DNA of 64,000 bases from Ascidiella aspersa (lineage: Eukaryota): assembly GCA_963924565.1 (NCBI GenBank), contig OZ004611.1:30814001-30878000 (forward strand), read 5' to 3'. A model generated the notes under the pieces. The model worked only from the letters and a program-made list of their open reading frames with translations. It did not search any database and was not told the origin of the DNA. A program made the translations under genes and the position numbers. Numbering within the stretch: position 1 is the stretch's first letter; each line of letters opens with the position of its first letter. Below are positions 26,701-41,700 of the stretch, in pieces.

Positions 26701-29700
26701 TGAGATCCTGGCATCGAACGAACGTCCAATTGAACTGCGACTAGCGTGCTACCTTTATATCATCAACCATGACCCGACACCCCAAGAGATCAGCAGGGTT
26801 CAAGAAATAGGTAAAATAACAAAACGTTTAGATAAAGTACAACTAACTTGCTATATTCTGACGTTTTAAACGAGTTTTTCGCGTAAGATGTTTCAGAGTC
26901 GGTTGCATTGAAGAAATAGGTAAAATATCAAAACTTTAAAAAAAAAACTATTTGGCTTTATTCCGACGTTATAAAAGTATTCTTGTGACCTGTAAGATAA
27001 GCTTGTCTACGCCTCTCCATATAATATATTTTTTCTAGGATTTATAAATTGGGTTTTTTAACCTATACCAAATTAACAGGGTTCAAGAAATCAGTAAAAC
27101 TTTATATTTAGAAAAAAACTAGCTTTATTCTGACGTTTTAAAAGAGCTCCTGTGGTCTGTTAGAATTTAAATTTAGGCTTGTCTACGTTGTTGCTAAAAT
27201 ATTGAACCTCTTACATTTAAAAGACACTCTGTAAGTAAAAATTGTTAATTTTTGTAGCCTACAGTAAAAGTAAAATGTACAAAAAAAAGTAAATAGTGGT
27301 AAAACAATATGGTAAAATATTACCTAATGGTTACTACAAAAATTACACTTGGAATATTTAATGTGTTATAATTACTACAAGCTTTTCATTGGGTTTAATA
27401 TTAAACTGTGCCGAATCTTGCTGTTTGTTTTAGTTGAGCTGCCTGCAACCCCCAAAGCTGTTCAATACTACGTCAAAGAACACCTCAAGTCACAGATTCG
27501 ATTCAGAGGAACGCAATATTGCACCCTCAAGCCAAGGTAACACTTACATTATTTTGGTTTATATTTTTTGCAAGGTTTTCTACAGAAAGTGGTTTCTACA
27601 GGAAAATTCGCGTGTGTCTCATTTTAAACTCTAGGCTTTAGCTATCGCTATGGAACGTCTACTCTACATAGACTAAAATAATTGCAACATTTCCATTTTG
27701 ATAAAGATCACTGTAAGATGTTTCAATGTTGACCTCAATTAACTACAATATTTTCACGATTAATACTCATACAATTTAGTTCAAGCTACGTCGTTTCAAA
27801 AAATAGACTTAAACAAAAGGCAACATTCGCAGTTTGATCAACATCACTGTGAGATGTTTTACAAACGACTTGACTTGTACTAAGTCATTTCTTGTATTCA
27901 AGTCATTTCTAAATGACTCTAAATACCTTGTTTAGAACACTAAATAATAACAATAGCAGTAAGATTAACACTCATCGAATCTACAGAAAGTACTACGATT
28001 TAAACTGTTGACCTAAAGGTCATAAATTAACTACAGCATTCATGAAGTTACATTCTCACAGAAGCTTTTGTCAAGCTAAGCCGTTGAAAAAAACGAAAAA
28101 CCATTGACTTAAACCAGGGGTGTCCAATTCAAACATGCCGAAGTACTGATATTTATCTTATAACTTCTTCCCGTGCCAAAGTTTAGCAACTATTTTTTTT
28201 AATATTGAAAGCGCTTTTATACAAAAAAATAAAAAAGAGTATAGACTTAGTGCTATAATATCAGAAGTAATTGCCGTAATTGTTTTGTATTGTGAATAAA
28301 CAATGACAATTGGCTGTATAACAATTTTAGCTTTTATAACAATTTACAGTATTTTTTTTTTTTTTGGGGGGGGGTCTTGCGTGCCATTTTTTATTAGGTC
28401 GCGTGCCACATTTGGTACGCGTGCCTCATGTTGGACACCCCTTAAGTCATTTCTAAATACCTTGTTTAGAACACTGAATAATAACAATAGCAGTAAGATT
28501 AACACTCATCGAATCTATAGAAAGTCCAACAATTTAAAAATGTTGACCTAAACTGACTATAATATTCATGATTAACATTCTCAACGATTTTAAGTTCAGG
28601 CTAAGCCTTTCAAAAACATTGACTGACACAAATGACAACATTTCCAGTTTTGAAAAAAAATGTTGACCTAAATTGATTACAACATTTTCATAATCAATAC
28701 TCATAGAATCTTAAATAAAGTCCAACGAAAATAAATATTGACCTTAATTAACTATAACATTCATGATTAACATTCTCAACGATTTTAAGTTCAGGCTAAG
28801 CCGTTCAAAAAACTTTGACTCAAACAAATTGCAACATTTCCAGCTTGATCAAAATCCTCAAGAAATCCATGCACAAGAACAACTGGATCGGAGTTGATCG
28901 CAGCAACATCCCAAAAGTTGAAGAAAGGAAGTACATCACATCCAAGCCCATCTTTGTTCCCTACCTCAACCGTGAGATCATCTGTCATGTGAGGAGCAAC
29001 GTCGTGATGCCTGAGAACGCTTTCATCCCACTATTCGTGAATGTTTCCATCATGGGAGAGGTATTAAGCAGTATAATAATGTTTAATAAAACGACTTATT
29101 TTAATGCCCCAAATATACTGACTTTTAGTATTTGTTTAGATGTTTGTTGTTATTTACAATGATTAATTATAATTTAGTTGGATTTGGAAGCTCGTGTTTT
29201 TAAAAGGCATTATGGGAAAGGTAGTGAGCGGTATAATATTTAATGCAAAATATTTTACTTAAGGCGCCAAATATACTGTTTAATTGAGCCTAACCTTAAA
29301 ATGACTTGTGTACAACACTGATAATAAAAGTCAAAAGTCTCGTAATAACGGGTCTCAACAACAATTAAAGTAAATTCTTTACATTTTATTGCCCCCAATT
29401 ACAGTATAAAAATGGAACACAATACACTGGTTTAATTAGTAATTTAACTAAAAATAATAAAGACATAATATTTAAATTTGAACGACATTTTGGTGTTCGC
29501 AATCGTTTTGGCAATATCTCATGCCATCTTCAGTGAAAAATATTCTGTCATTTTTTTTGTTTTCTTTCTTTTATCTTCACTTGAATTTTTTACACTGATT
29601 ATAGAGCATAAAACACGATTATAACAAAATCTATTCAAATTATGAAACTGACAATCGAATCTTAAATTTCATGGGTCCAGGAGGCAAATAAACATCAGCT

Positions 29701-32700
29701 ATGAAATAAATTTAAATAGATCTTCATTACAACCAATCCATTTACCTTAATATTTAGTGTTTGAAACTGCCTTGCTTGATCTAGTGATAAACATATATGT
29801 AAACGGCTTGATTCTAACAACATTTATTTAAGTTATTAGTTAACAAAGAACAATATGTTTTAGGCTTTAGAGCATGTAAACATTTTCTAACTTTGAGTTA
29901 ATTCTCTCCATAGATGTCAAACAAGAATGTTTCCCTGCTCGATCTCTCAATCGACATGACCAAGATGATTTCGATCATTCAGCCTTTGTTTGGCAGCAAC
30001 GGGATCTTCCCCGAACCGAAACTCAGCCAGCTGCTGAGCCTTCCTATTGGTCAGTTGCTGGCGGGAGCGACCAATCAGCTGCCTCCCCTGAACGCACAAG
30101 AGTTGGCACAACTTTCACGCGTACAAAACGAGGTAACTAATTTGTCCACGTTTTTTAAATCTGTTTTCTTTTAGATAATGAATTGCAAAGCCAAAAAGGT
30201 CGAGTAGATCGACATCGTTTTGATTAAGACGTTTCGATTGGAACTGTATCTTCTTCTGTTAATGTTCGTATCGAAACGTCGTAATCAAGATGATGTCAAT
30301 CTACTCGACCTTTTTCGCTTTGAAATTCATTACCAAGCTACATTATAGATTCGTGTATGGTGTGTGTTGTTTCGTTCTAGCTGTGCAAGTTATGTATATA
30401 ATTTGTAACAACCAAGGATGTCTAGTTTACACGACACATTTAAAAGACTGATCCGTTTATTTACACGTTTTAAACTTTTAAACTAATTTTTATTGCAAAT
30501 TGTTCGGTTTCTGATAAAAACAACGAAATGTTTTGAGTTATAATACTATACCATTTCGTAGGGCAGTACTTCGGCTAATTTTTGTTAGTTAGAAAATTGA
30601 TATGCACTAATTCTTAAAACGTAATTTCATTTTTGTAGAAAAGATGACTTTAGGAATAAGTCCTGTTTACCTTAAAGCCAAAAACATGTCCATTTATTTA
30701 CAAACCTGTCAAGTGTATACACTTTTCTTTCTAAAGCTTTACTACTTTTTACCCAATATATTTGTTGCTGATTAAAACCAATGGGTTAATGATATTTGCT
30801 TTGTCTTGACTACAGTATATAGTAGCTTTACGAGAACACCTATAGTTAATGAGCAGCAATATGCATTAATTCCAAAACCAAAAAATGCTTAAAATAATAA
30901 AAGTGTTAAAATCCAAAAGGTCCAGTGAATCGACATCATTCAAATAGAAAATTCGAGAATTGCGTTTCACCTTTTGTAAGCGAGGTTTCGATATATTTCA
31001 GTCACATCAACTGATGGTGATACAAGTGCGTATCGAATAGTCTTTATCAAGATAATGTCGATTTAATCTTCATTTTTGGCTTTGACACTTATTATTAAGA
31101 TAATTAAAAAGCCGCTTAACATTTCTTTTATACAACAACGAGGAAACAACATAACGCAAGTTTTTTATTATTATAACATAGGGTTACACAACAGAGATTG
31201 TGCTCAAACGATCAATATAAATCGAAAACCAACTTACCTTTTGACAGGCTTCGATGGCTTACACCATGGCAAAGACCCAGTCCAACATCCCAGTGTTCAT
31301 CAAAGTACTGGGAACTCAAATCGACCTCAACTCAATCCTCCAGATTCCATTTATCCGCGAACTCAACCTTATGAGGATGTGGCAGGTGAGACTGGGACCG
31401 TTGTAATATCGTATAGTTACGGGTTTTTTAAACTGGTGTCCGTGGGCCACTTTTGGAATGTGGCCTAGTTTTAGGGTCCCGAAAGGCGATAATGTGAAAT
31501 CGGAGCGATTATATGCTAAGTGTTAATATACACCCTAACGTGCAAATTGTTATCTGTTAACTTATTCCCGTGACAAGGTGTAGTAAACTATTTTTACCTT
31601 TATAAAGCGGTTTTTGATTAAGAAACAAATGTACCGTTGGAGTTGATTTGTCTTTATATTTCGGTAAAAGAGATAAGCAATGGTTGGCCTACCTTTTTAA
31701 TTAAGCTATAAAGATTATACTTTCCCAACACCCTAAACGTTGGTCAGAAAGCAGCATCCGAGTGGCTAGATTACAGTTGTTAACAAATCGTTAAACCTTC
31801 ATACTAAGCTAATTCATGAAGAGTATAGTTCCGACAGCGTATATTTCACGCAGCTTTCCGAGAACTTAGCCACTGGAATCAACTTATCAACTCTGGTAGC
31901 GGACGAGACTCTCCACGCCCATGTGGCCGTCCCCACCTCGATCGGCTTACCCCACGTCACCCACCTTAACCTGGCCTATTACCTCAACGCCCAAGCCAGG
32001 TTAACCGCCCAGATCAGGAATATGATCCTCTATGGACGCGGAAACGTTCAAATTGCCTCCAAACCTATGTGAGTTGAACTGACAATTCGTGGTAATCTTC
32101 TCGTTAAAATTTAAATTTAAAAATTTTCCTTGCTGTTTGGCTCAGAATAATTTGTTTTAAAGAAAGATGAAATATGCGGTCAAAATACCAATTAGTTGTT
32201 TTAATCGAAAATGGATAGAAAATGTCCACATTAACTGATGATTTTTGATGAACTGACAATTCGCGAATCTTGTAATATTTGCTGCAAACACTTGTCTGCT
32301 TTAGTTTGCTCGAATGTTGGAATTCCATAATTTTTAATAACTCTCAAACGTTTGTTTTCTTAAAGTTAGTTGATACCGTTGGCGAATTGTATTATTGCTA
32401 AATAACTTTCGTACAACTTTGATTCACTAAGTTAAAGTAAGAGATTTATAGATTTGGACTAAGACTTCAATTTACCTTTAAAACTAACAAATAGGAAAAG
32501 TTTTAGCTACAAAATAGGCTGAAATTACGACTTCAGTATTTCTTGAAAATATACATTAAACACCAAACACATGAAAAACTTAGAAAACGCCTTAACGGGA
32601 AATATCCTTAACACTAACTAAAAGTGCAAACCGATTAATCATTGTTTTTTCCAGTTTGAGAACCACCTTTCTTGTGAGCCAAAAGATCCAGCTACCCGGC

Positions 32701-35700
32701 GGCGCCACGTGCGGTGGAGGTTACGTGATGACCTTGGGACACAGCAGTGACGTCAATGTGAGCGTGAAGGTCGAACCTACTCAAGTGCAACTGAACGTGG
32801 CACCACTACCGGCCACTACAGAGATAATCAGCTTCAGGTAAGTCGCTTTTAAAAAGTCGGAACGTTTTGCCGTATAAGTAAACGAACTATAGACCCCCAA
32901 ACCTCACAATCAACATGGCATATGTCAGACAGGTGTCCTCCAATCATCCCAGACTCTCCTGCCTGTGAGTTTGGGCGTTATTTTCTCGATTTAGGCCTTA
33001 TTCCAAAGAAATTGGGACTTATTCAGGCGATTTTAAATTTTATCTGTGGGGTTATTGTTTCATATTCAACAAATTTAAACATTAAGAGCAGAATGATCAT
33101 CAGAATCGGCATTTTCTAATTTTCTCATAGCTTATTTTTGTACGCTTAAATATGATAAATATTTAACAATTTAAGCTGGAATAAAACACGGTTTGAAATA
33201 ACACCAAATTAGGACTAATACATAACAGTCGTAATAACGTAACAGTCGTAATAAAAACAGAGTCCTAAACCCGTTGGAATAAGAGCCAAATAGCCTGATT
33301 GGTTTATACCAGGGTTTCTTAACCAGGGGGGCGAGAACTGTTCCAAGGGGGTGCGAACTTTTACCAAAACAGCGGCGCACAAGCGGCACTGTTTAAACTA
33401 GGGCTCCCAAAACTCGACATCAAAATCGGCCAGTGTCAAACAGGTGTCCCTCAATCATGTCACTCTTTATCCCTTAAATATTAATTATTTTGTCAATTTT
33501 GGTGTTGTTGCTATACATTTAGGACTTGGTCTTATTCGGATTTAGCTCTTAATCTATCGTGGTTATTGCTGCGTATCTGGATTTATTATGTCGTTGACCT
33601 TAATGCAATGGTGTAATGTGGTTATTCTGATTTCGATAATGTTGCACTTCGTATCTTCACCAAACGGTTCAAACCATTTGTAGTCTCAATATAACTTTAT
33701 TTGCGCAGTTCAACTCCCCTGAGGATTGTAAACGGAGCCCTGACAGTCCCTGCAAAGCAGCCGAGACCAGCTTGTGAAAGCAACTGCTTATTTGGCAATT
33801 GCCGTGCAGGAACCAACATCAAGTATCAGGTATCGCCGACACTTTATTTTTTAATATTGAACTGTTTAAATGAATATATTGAAAAATTCCCCCAACAGAT
33901 TGGGTAAATGGTGTCATTTAAAATTTTAACATCAGACTGAAAAATTAAAATAGAATATACTGTATAATCGACTTTAAAAAAAAGGTAAATTAATAAATGT
34001 AAAATAAATCAGTTAATTTTTATTTTAGCAAATATGGTTTTTAGGATATATGAAAACTTTCCAATTGTTACTTTCTATCTATTTTTTTTCATGTTTCGAT
34101 TTTTAGTCATTTGTATACACATACGGACTTAAGTATACAAATCCAATCGTTCCTAAATAATTTTTAATTTTACACATCGGTGCCTACGCTACCACTTATT
34201 GGTTAGACAAATATGGCTACTAACTATAAATGACAAATAACATAAATGAAACAAAAAAAAAGTAAATAGAAACTTACAATTAAAAAGCATGCTTAAATCT
34301 AAAAAAAGTGGATTTGCCAAAGTAAAAACAAACCAATTTATTGCAAGCCTGTATTTATGCCATATACTTGTTATTTTACTTATTTTTGAAAAGTTAAATA
34401 ACTATATTCTCTATTAGGAATTTAGTCTGCCCTCATAAAAAAATATAAATGCAATAAAACATGCCGAACATTCATAATTTTCACGATTTTTTTGTTCAAA
34501 GGCTTGCTTGAACCAACCAATGACGCTCGGACTCTTCGTCGAGAGCGACCAGCGAATGCACTATGACGTCATAATGCAGAGTGGCGAACTTGTGACGCGC
34601 GTCGAGGGCGAGAGCTTGGAATGCAAGGGGGTCGAAATCAGCGTAAAAAGAACTTTTTGTTGTTTTAATTTTTATTTAGTTAATCAGGGAAGAACAAAGG
34701 ACAAAGGGTTGTAATAAAAAAGGTTTGAAATATTAGATTATTTCACACTTTAATTATGTTTAGATTTTAGTGCACTCAAAATGAATGTCGTAATTGGCCT
34801 AAAATAGATATATTATACCTAAATGTTATAAAATAGTAAATAAAGTAAGCTTTCGGAAAGTTTTGTAGTAAGATATACTCAACATTTACGATTTTACCAC
34901 CTAATGTTTGCTAACCTAATATTTGCTATATTCAGGTCGCCACCAAAGCAAGCATAAACGCCGCGAGAAATGAAGTCCTGAGCTTGGCTGCCAAATACCT
35001 GCCAACGCTTTCGCAACTCAGGTAAGCATAAAGTGAACAGGCTGATACAAAAGACTTACCTTTTGACGATAATACAACGCATTTCGATATTAAGGGTGAA
35101 ATTTAATGTAGACTACAGTAATATTTTAAGTAAAGGGATCAATGTAATTTCACCTGCTTTGACTTCTAACATTCAAACCGGCAACATTTTTTTCTCAGAT
35201 TCGAGTACAGTGCTGGCACCAAACTTCCCTGGTCAGTGATCCTCAAGTCTGCCTGGCTCAACGCCGACAAAAGCGTCAGCGCCGTTGCGACCGACAACTA
35301 CATTGCCGGTATTGACGTTACGAGCCCTGACGGTAGTTACGTCACAAAGAACGAGCTGAGCGTCGCGCGACGTCAGCCCACCGCCTCCCACTTCCTCGAC
35401 ATGTTCCGCTACTTCGCGCACGTAAGTAAACGGAGCGTACGCGTGCGTGAGGATAGGTAACTTTGCGTTTACGGATACGTAAAAACTTTTGTTTCCCTAA
35501 TTTTTGAAACAATTGCTTATTTGCTTATTTGCTTATTTATTAGCACTTATATGCCCGTGAGTTACCCAGGCGAACTTTGAACATTGACGGAACTGTAAAT
35601 GTTTTGTTCTATCCGGGTAAACGTTTGCTCAAGAAGACGTTGTTCTCTAGCGTTTAGTTGTCAATTACTGCTGCAAAGCTACTATATCCAAAAGTATATT

Positions 35701-38700
35701 CCTCTTTTCAAACTGTACTACAGAGAAACGAGTAGCTTGTAAGGATATGTAAGGTTGCGTATACGGACGCACGAAACACTCATTTTTTAAAACTTTTGCA
35801 ACAATCGTTTTGCACTATTACTTTATATTCTACTTATTTTACATTAACCTAAGTAAACGGAGCATACGCGTGCGTAAGGAAACGTAACACTGCGTATACG
35901 GAGACGTAAACATTTTTGTTTTCCAAACTTTCGCAACAATAGCTTGGGACAATTACTTGTAGTTCGCGGATTTACATTAACGTCGGTAAACACAGAGCGC
36001 ACGGATACGTAATGTTGCGTATACGGATGCGAAAACTATATATTTATGGCATGGACGGACACATAAATAAACAAGTTTTTGAACTAGTTCTCGCTTATAG
36101 GAATGTAAAATTCACGGATATATAAGCAACATTTCAAGCATTATATTTTAAGCATGAGGAACGAACCATTAACAAAACAATGTTAAACCTCAAGCATTTA
36201 TAGCAATATTTCATGCAATAGAAGACTCAAACCAGTAGTTTCAGAGATTGAATAAAACCTTTACCTTAGGCGTTATAATTTATATTTAATGTTAAAACTT
36301 CAACACGCAGCATTCCGAAGAAGCTGATACTTACACAGTGGACGGAAAGATGGAACTGCCAGTTGTCGGCGTATATTCGCTTTCTGGTATGATCAAGAAC
36401 GAAGTGATCAACTCGCCATCCTACACCCTAAGAATGAAGGTAAATAAAGTTTTTAAGTTATTGTCATTAATATCCCCAAAATCTCAAAACCTGGGGGTCG
36501 TTAATAAACACATATGTGCGCGTGTCTTTTATTTAATTTGGGTATTCTTCTTCCTCGAAATCTTGCTTAATTTATTTGGAAATCTTCACTTTACTGGAAA
36601 ATAACAAACTCTGTGAGATGTAAAACCTAATTAAAACCGTGGCCGTCACAACATGACTCCTAGGTGCACAGTTGTTTTAAACAAATTTCACATTTTTCAA
36701 AATTAAATTTTCCACTTTCTGCTGTGGAGGTTATTCATCTGTGGATAAAAATATTGGTGTATTAATTAATTAATTTACCGTAGTTGGCTAACTCTCAGAT
36801 CGGATATCTGAAAGGATTAGTTTAATTGTCTGTTTAATATCAAACTTTTTTTACATCATTTAAACCTAAAGTCACTTTAAAGTTTGTCATAAGTTATTAA
36901 ACAAGACTCCGTAGTAACATAAAACTTGAGAATATATGTTAAACAAATGTGTTTAGTTGGTGTTTTCTTGTATTGCAAAAACAGATTTTATAATGATTCA
37001 TCAATAGATATACATCAATAGAGCGTTCAAATATTATGATACACTAAAATTTGTAAAATACATTAATAACAAATATTAAGTATACCAAATGCCATAATCT
37101 GGTGTAAATTATAGTATTATTACCATACTTCAATTCACTTCAAACCTCCATTTTTCGCCTTTTCAGATCCAGAAAGGTCTCATTAGCAACTTGCGCGCCA
37201 CGCCCCTTTGCCACGTCACGGTAAAGACCACGCCCATCTCTGAAGGACCACTCAACGGTCAAAGAACCACAGCCTCCATTGAATCCATCCAAATACCAGC
37301 ACTGCCCTACAGAGAGATCAGCATACAACTGACCACTATGAATGACACAGCAGGTCACTCGAAGGCCATTGTCCACTGCCAAGCGCTGCGGAAGGATACC
37401 AATCCGACCGAGTTCTTCAACTGGCGGATGAATATCAGGCGTACGGTGCCAAACTCTCCAACTCCCGTTGCTATCAACACGACCTTCACTTGCCCCACGT
37501 GGCAAGCACAATTTGACCTTGCCGCGCCCAACATGACCTTCATCGATAACGTGGTGCGTCTGGTCGTGCCCGAAAAGAAGATCCCTGCGTCACTGATGAC
37601 GTCAACAGACCAAGACGCGATTCGTATTACAGAAACGAGCGCCATCTTTAATCCCACTTGCATCACCGCACGCGCCCTTCTCGCAAGGTCACCTGAAGAT
37701 GAGACCAAGGTCAAGGTCGAGTTCACAACAGCTCCAAGCAAAGGTCGATTCCTGCGTTGGATTAAACCGGACAAGACAAGCTACTACGCGTTTGCGACTC
37801 TTAGCCCTAATGTGTGTCTTTACTGTCACGACATACAAGTCCGCCTTCCTTACCTTAACTTCTACAGCAGGGTTAAAGGACTTGAAAGTTCCTTCTGGAA
37901 CAACAACGTCGACGCTGGGTTTGAGTTACATAGAGACCTTATGCCTTACCTTGGAGCCAGCAGCAACCTGATAAACCTTGCAGACCGCTTTGTCTTCACA
38001 GACGGATGGCTCAGGGTTGGCATCTTGGAGCAGCTGTCAGGCGACCGAATGGAGTTCGGATACCGTCTGGGCGCGCGCAAATTCAACGCTAAGATAACAG
38101 CCAGCTTCAAGGACCCTGTAGCTCACGTCAAGACGGTTTTAACTTGCACAAGATGTGTCCCACTTTTTGACGTTACTTTTATCAACACGTTAGAGATCAC
38201 GCACCAGCGTCTGGCACAAAGCAGACTCACAACCTTAGCGGCTTCAGACGGCTTCTCACAGCACATGTCAATACAGCATAGTCACGTCGGATTAGCCAAC
38301 ATCAGCACCTTTATAAACACTGAAGCTGCTTGGAAGAGAACCGAGCTTAGAAGACTTGTGATCGGCAGCAACTTTAAGTACACAGCTCTTAGACCTTCAC
38401 TGCTCACAGTACTTCTATCGAGTAGCGAGTTTGAATACCCGATCAACATCAACGTTACGGTTTCCGACACACCTACTCACCCCGGGGCAACCGAGTATAA
38501 CCTTGGACTCAGACTCGGACCCTCCATGATTTGGGATGGAACAGTTTCAAAGGAGGTAGTTACTTCGGAGCGATTCCCATTGGTTTGTGTTGCAGGAACT
38601 CCTTGCGTTCGCACAGCAATCACACTCACCAAGGTATGTAATATCTTGTGTTATTTTAGTAGGCTACATTCAAACAAAAAGTAAACAGGTTTTTAATTTT

Positions 38701-41700
38701 GGGTACACGGTAGCACAGTTCCTGTCAAACTTTATAAAATCGGTCTGCACTATTAATCGTTTTTTTTTTACTGGTAAAAAAAGTTAATAAGTATTTGCGT
38801 TTTACATATAACAATAACTAAATCGAAATTTTCGGACACAAGATATGTTAATTCTTAATATGTTGGTTATTTAGAATCTTTGACACTTTAAATGAGTCAT
38901 TGAAAGTCATTATTTCGGCATATTAAAGTTTTGAAAATTGTAAAAAACAAACTTCAAAAAATGGCAAAATCGAACATTAATGGCGTATAACAGCAAATAA
39001 GCATTACTGAAAACATAAAATAGATCTAATAAAATATTGGCAATTTATTATCTCTGTTATCTTTACTAAAAAATTGAAAGCGGAAAAAACAGTAATAAGA
39101 AAAAAAAGGAAATAAAATTTCTGCAATTATGTATACTAAAACAACCTTTATTTTTTCAAAGAACACCAACTGTGCAAACTTCAGCGTTTTCTACGCCGGT
39201 GGCTCCCCACAGCTCCACGCCTATACCACCACGCACTGCGCTCAGATGCAGTTGGAACATGTGTCCTCTGGATCCAGGAGGTACAACACCAGCATCCGGG
39301 TGGTGGGAGACGGTGATCCTTCATTCCTCATCAACAACCTCTTCATCCTGATGGAAAACATCCCAGAAAAACATCACATCCATGCCAACTGGGAGATCGC
39401 GAGTCCAATCATGTCCGTCGTCCCCACAACCGGGAAAATCGGCTTACTCATGAAGCCAAAAGTCTTCCGGATCGAAGCGGATCTTGGTAGGATGAAGATC
39501 GATATCCTCCGTCGCATCGTGGAGGAGCGTGATGAGAGCATTATCTCGCTGACTCTCAACGATCTTGCGATAGAGTGTGAGCTCCACCAGAGAACATCAG
39601 ATTCCAACATCCTCGATTTCGCCATCCCACGCTGCTCCCTGCGCTTTGTTCCTCTTGCGGAAGAGAGAATATACAACTCCAGCCTCACAGCTCGTGTTTC
39701 TTCCTTGTGGGATTTTAGGATTTCCTCGGAAGCGCGGGAGGACAGAAAACCGCTCTTCAACGCAGCTGTCGTGTGTAGCTCGGTGGACTGTAGGATCACA
39801 ATCCTAGGAGGAACCCCAGTGAACCGCATCAATCCGATCAACATCACCTCCATCTTCACTCCCGCTTCCGTTGACTTTGCCGCCAAGATCACCGAATCCT
39901 TCAACTCAAGACTTCTCCTAAAGAGGAACAACATGATGTTGCTCTTTGTTACCCCGAAAGTCGTAATCAACGCCAGCGCGATCATGCTCCCAGAACTCCG
40001 AGTCAACGCCATCTTCAATATACCCGGAGTTATGACTAACTCACTCGAGTACGCCAGCGGCCAGCTGAGGAGTTTGAACTCTGTCGGCCATCAGCTCCGC
40101 ATCCCCGGACTCCAGGATCCTTACTCGTGGACGTGCAACTTCTTCAACACCCAGGAAGCTCCTCTTAACCTTAACATCGCTTGGAACGCAGGAGTATCGA
40201 CAACTTACGGATTCGTTTACTACTACGGAACAAATGATCCATCGATTCCAGCAGTACACGTTGCATCTGCTCCACCCACCAGCAAAATCCTCCGAGTCCG
40301 CTTCTCACAGGTAGCCTGCTCTTCCAAAGTCCTCCTTGACAACGCGTACGTCTGGACGCCGCTCATGGACAGACTTGTCTCCGCGGAGTTGAACGCAAAC
40401 TCAAACGCATGGATCTTCAATAGCCACAACCGCTTAGGAGAAATGACCATCGCTGCCAAGTACGACGCTGCACAGCAAACTATTCCAGTGGTCGATATAA
40501 CTGCTACTATATCCGAAAGCGGGCAGATCTCCATGAACTACGCCCTTGGTCCTTTGGAAGCAGAAGATGCTATTTTCCTAAACGGAGCAACTAAGATCAT
40601 CTACGGAAACCCAACAGTTCAAACAAGTCCGTCAGCGACCCTAGCCACCACCTTCAACATCGTTCAGTCAGCTTTCAAGGCACAGTTTGACATCGACTTG
40701 CGTACAGCGGGCTACGGAGAAAACAACTTAGTGTTCTTCTGTAGGAACAATATCTACAACGCGGCGCTCACAGCTGAAATGCAACTGCGCGCTAAGGAGA
40801 CTTCCATGAGATACTTGGTCGCGTATGAGAACAACGCCCTTCATCTGCTCTTTAGGTATGAATTTCTATGTGTAACCAAAGCACCCTGTTGTTATTCGAT
40901 ATAAGGATTGTAAAGAAACATGTAAATAGGGCGTAAAGCGAATTAACGAGCTTGTTTTTCATTTGACATTTAATCTAACTACCGAATCACTTTGATCCGT
41001 ATAAAATAGAAAAACACTTAAATCGATGCAAACTATTGCACTTAAATCGATACAAACTATTGCCTAGGTTCGTATCCTGGCCAGCTTATCCCTTTGGTGC
41101 ATGCAAAACATAAAGTGGTACAAACTACATGACCATTGGTCGTTTTGTAGCCTAAACATTCGTTTCCATTGATTGGTTAGGTTAAACCGCGTTTTCTAAT
41201 CCCTTCACAGCTAAATAGATTCATTAATGGATTTTAGAAACGCAGTTGTTAGTCTGAAATCGTAAATTATTTTATTTTGTTTAAAATAAATATTTTTCTT
41301 AAAATTATATTTACATAAATACTCGGCGTTTCATATTGGATTTATAAGTGCATTTTTTCAAATTATTGTGCAGCTACCCGAACACGCGGGACGCTGACCT
41401 TCGCCTTGACCTTGACGTAACCAGCGGCGGACTGCTGACCGTTCGTGACGCACGCTTTAAAATCGGTCGCCATGTTTGGTCTCTGACCGGGATGACGGCC
41501 CAAGTGCTGGTTGACACTGAAGGTCGCGCCAACGGTTTAGACGTACGCGACGTGACCTTGAGGCGGATCTGCACGTGCTCGCCCAAGGTCGACTGCGAAT
41601 GTGCCCTCACAATCGTCGGTCACGCTCTGATGCAGATCGGCGGTGAATGGAACGTCGACTTTCACGATACAAAGCGTGAGCTGATCATCATCACCTTCGT

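Noticed and set aside
31854-32837. Cumulative CDS lengths at exon 18 and 19 ends (2816, 2999) equal to recalled human APOB junction numbers
   Set aside because: The protein alignment is offset by roughly 60 aa there, so the numerical match is coincidental.
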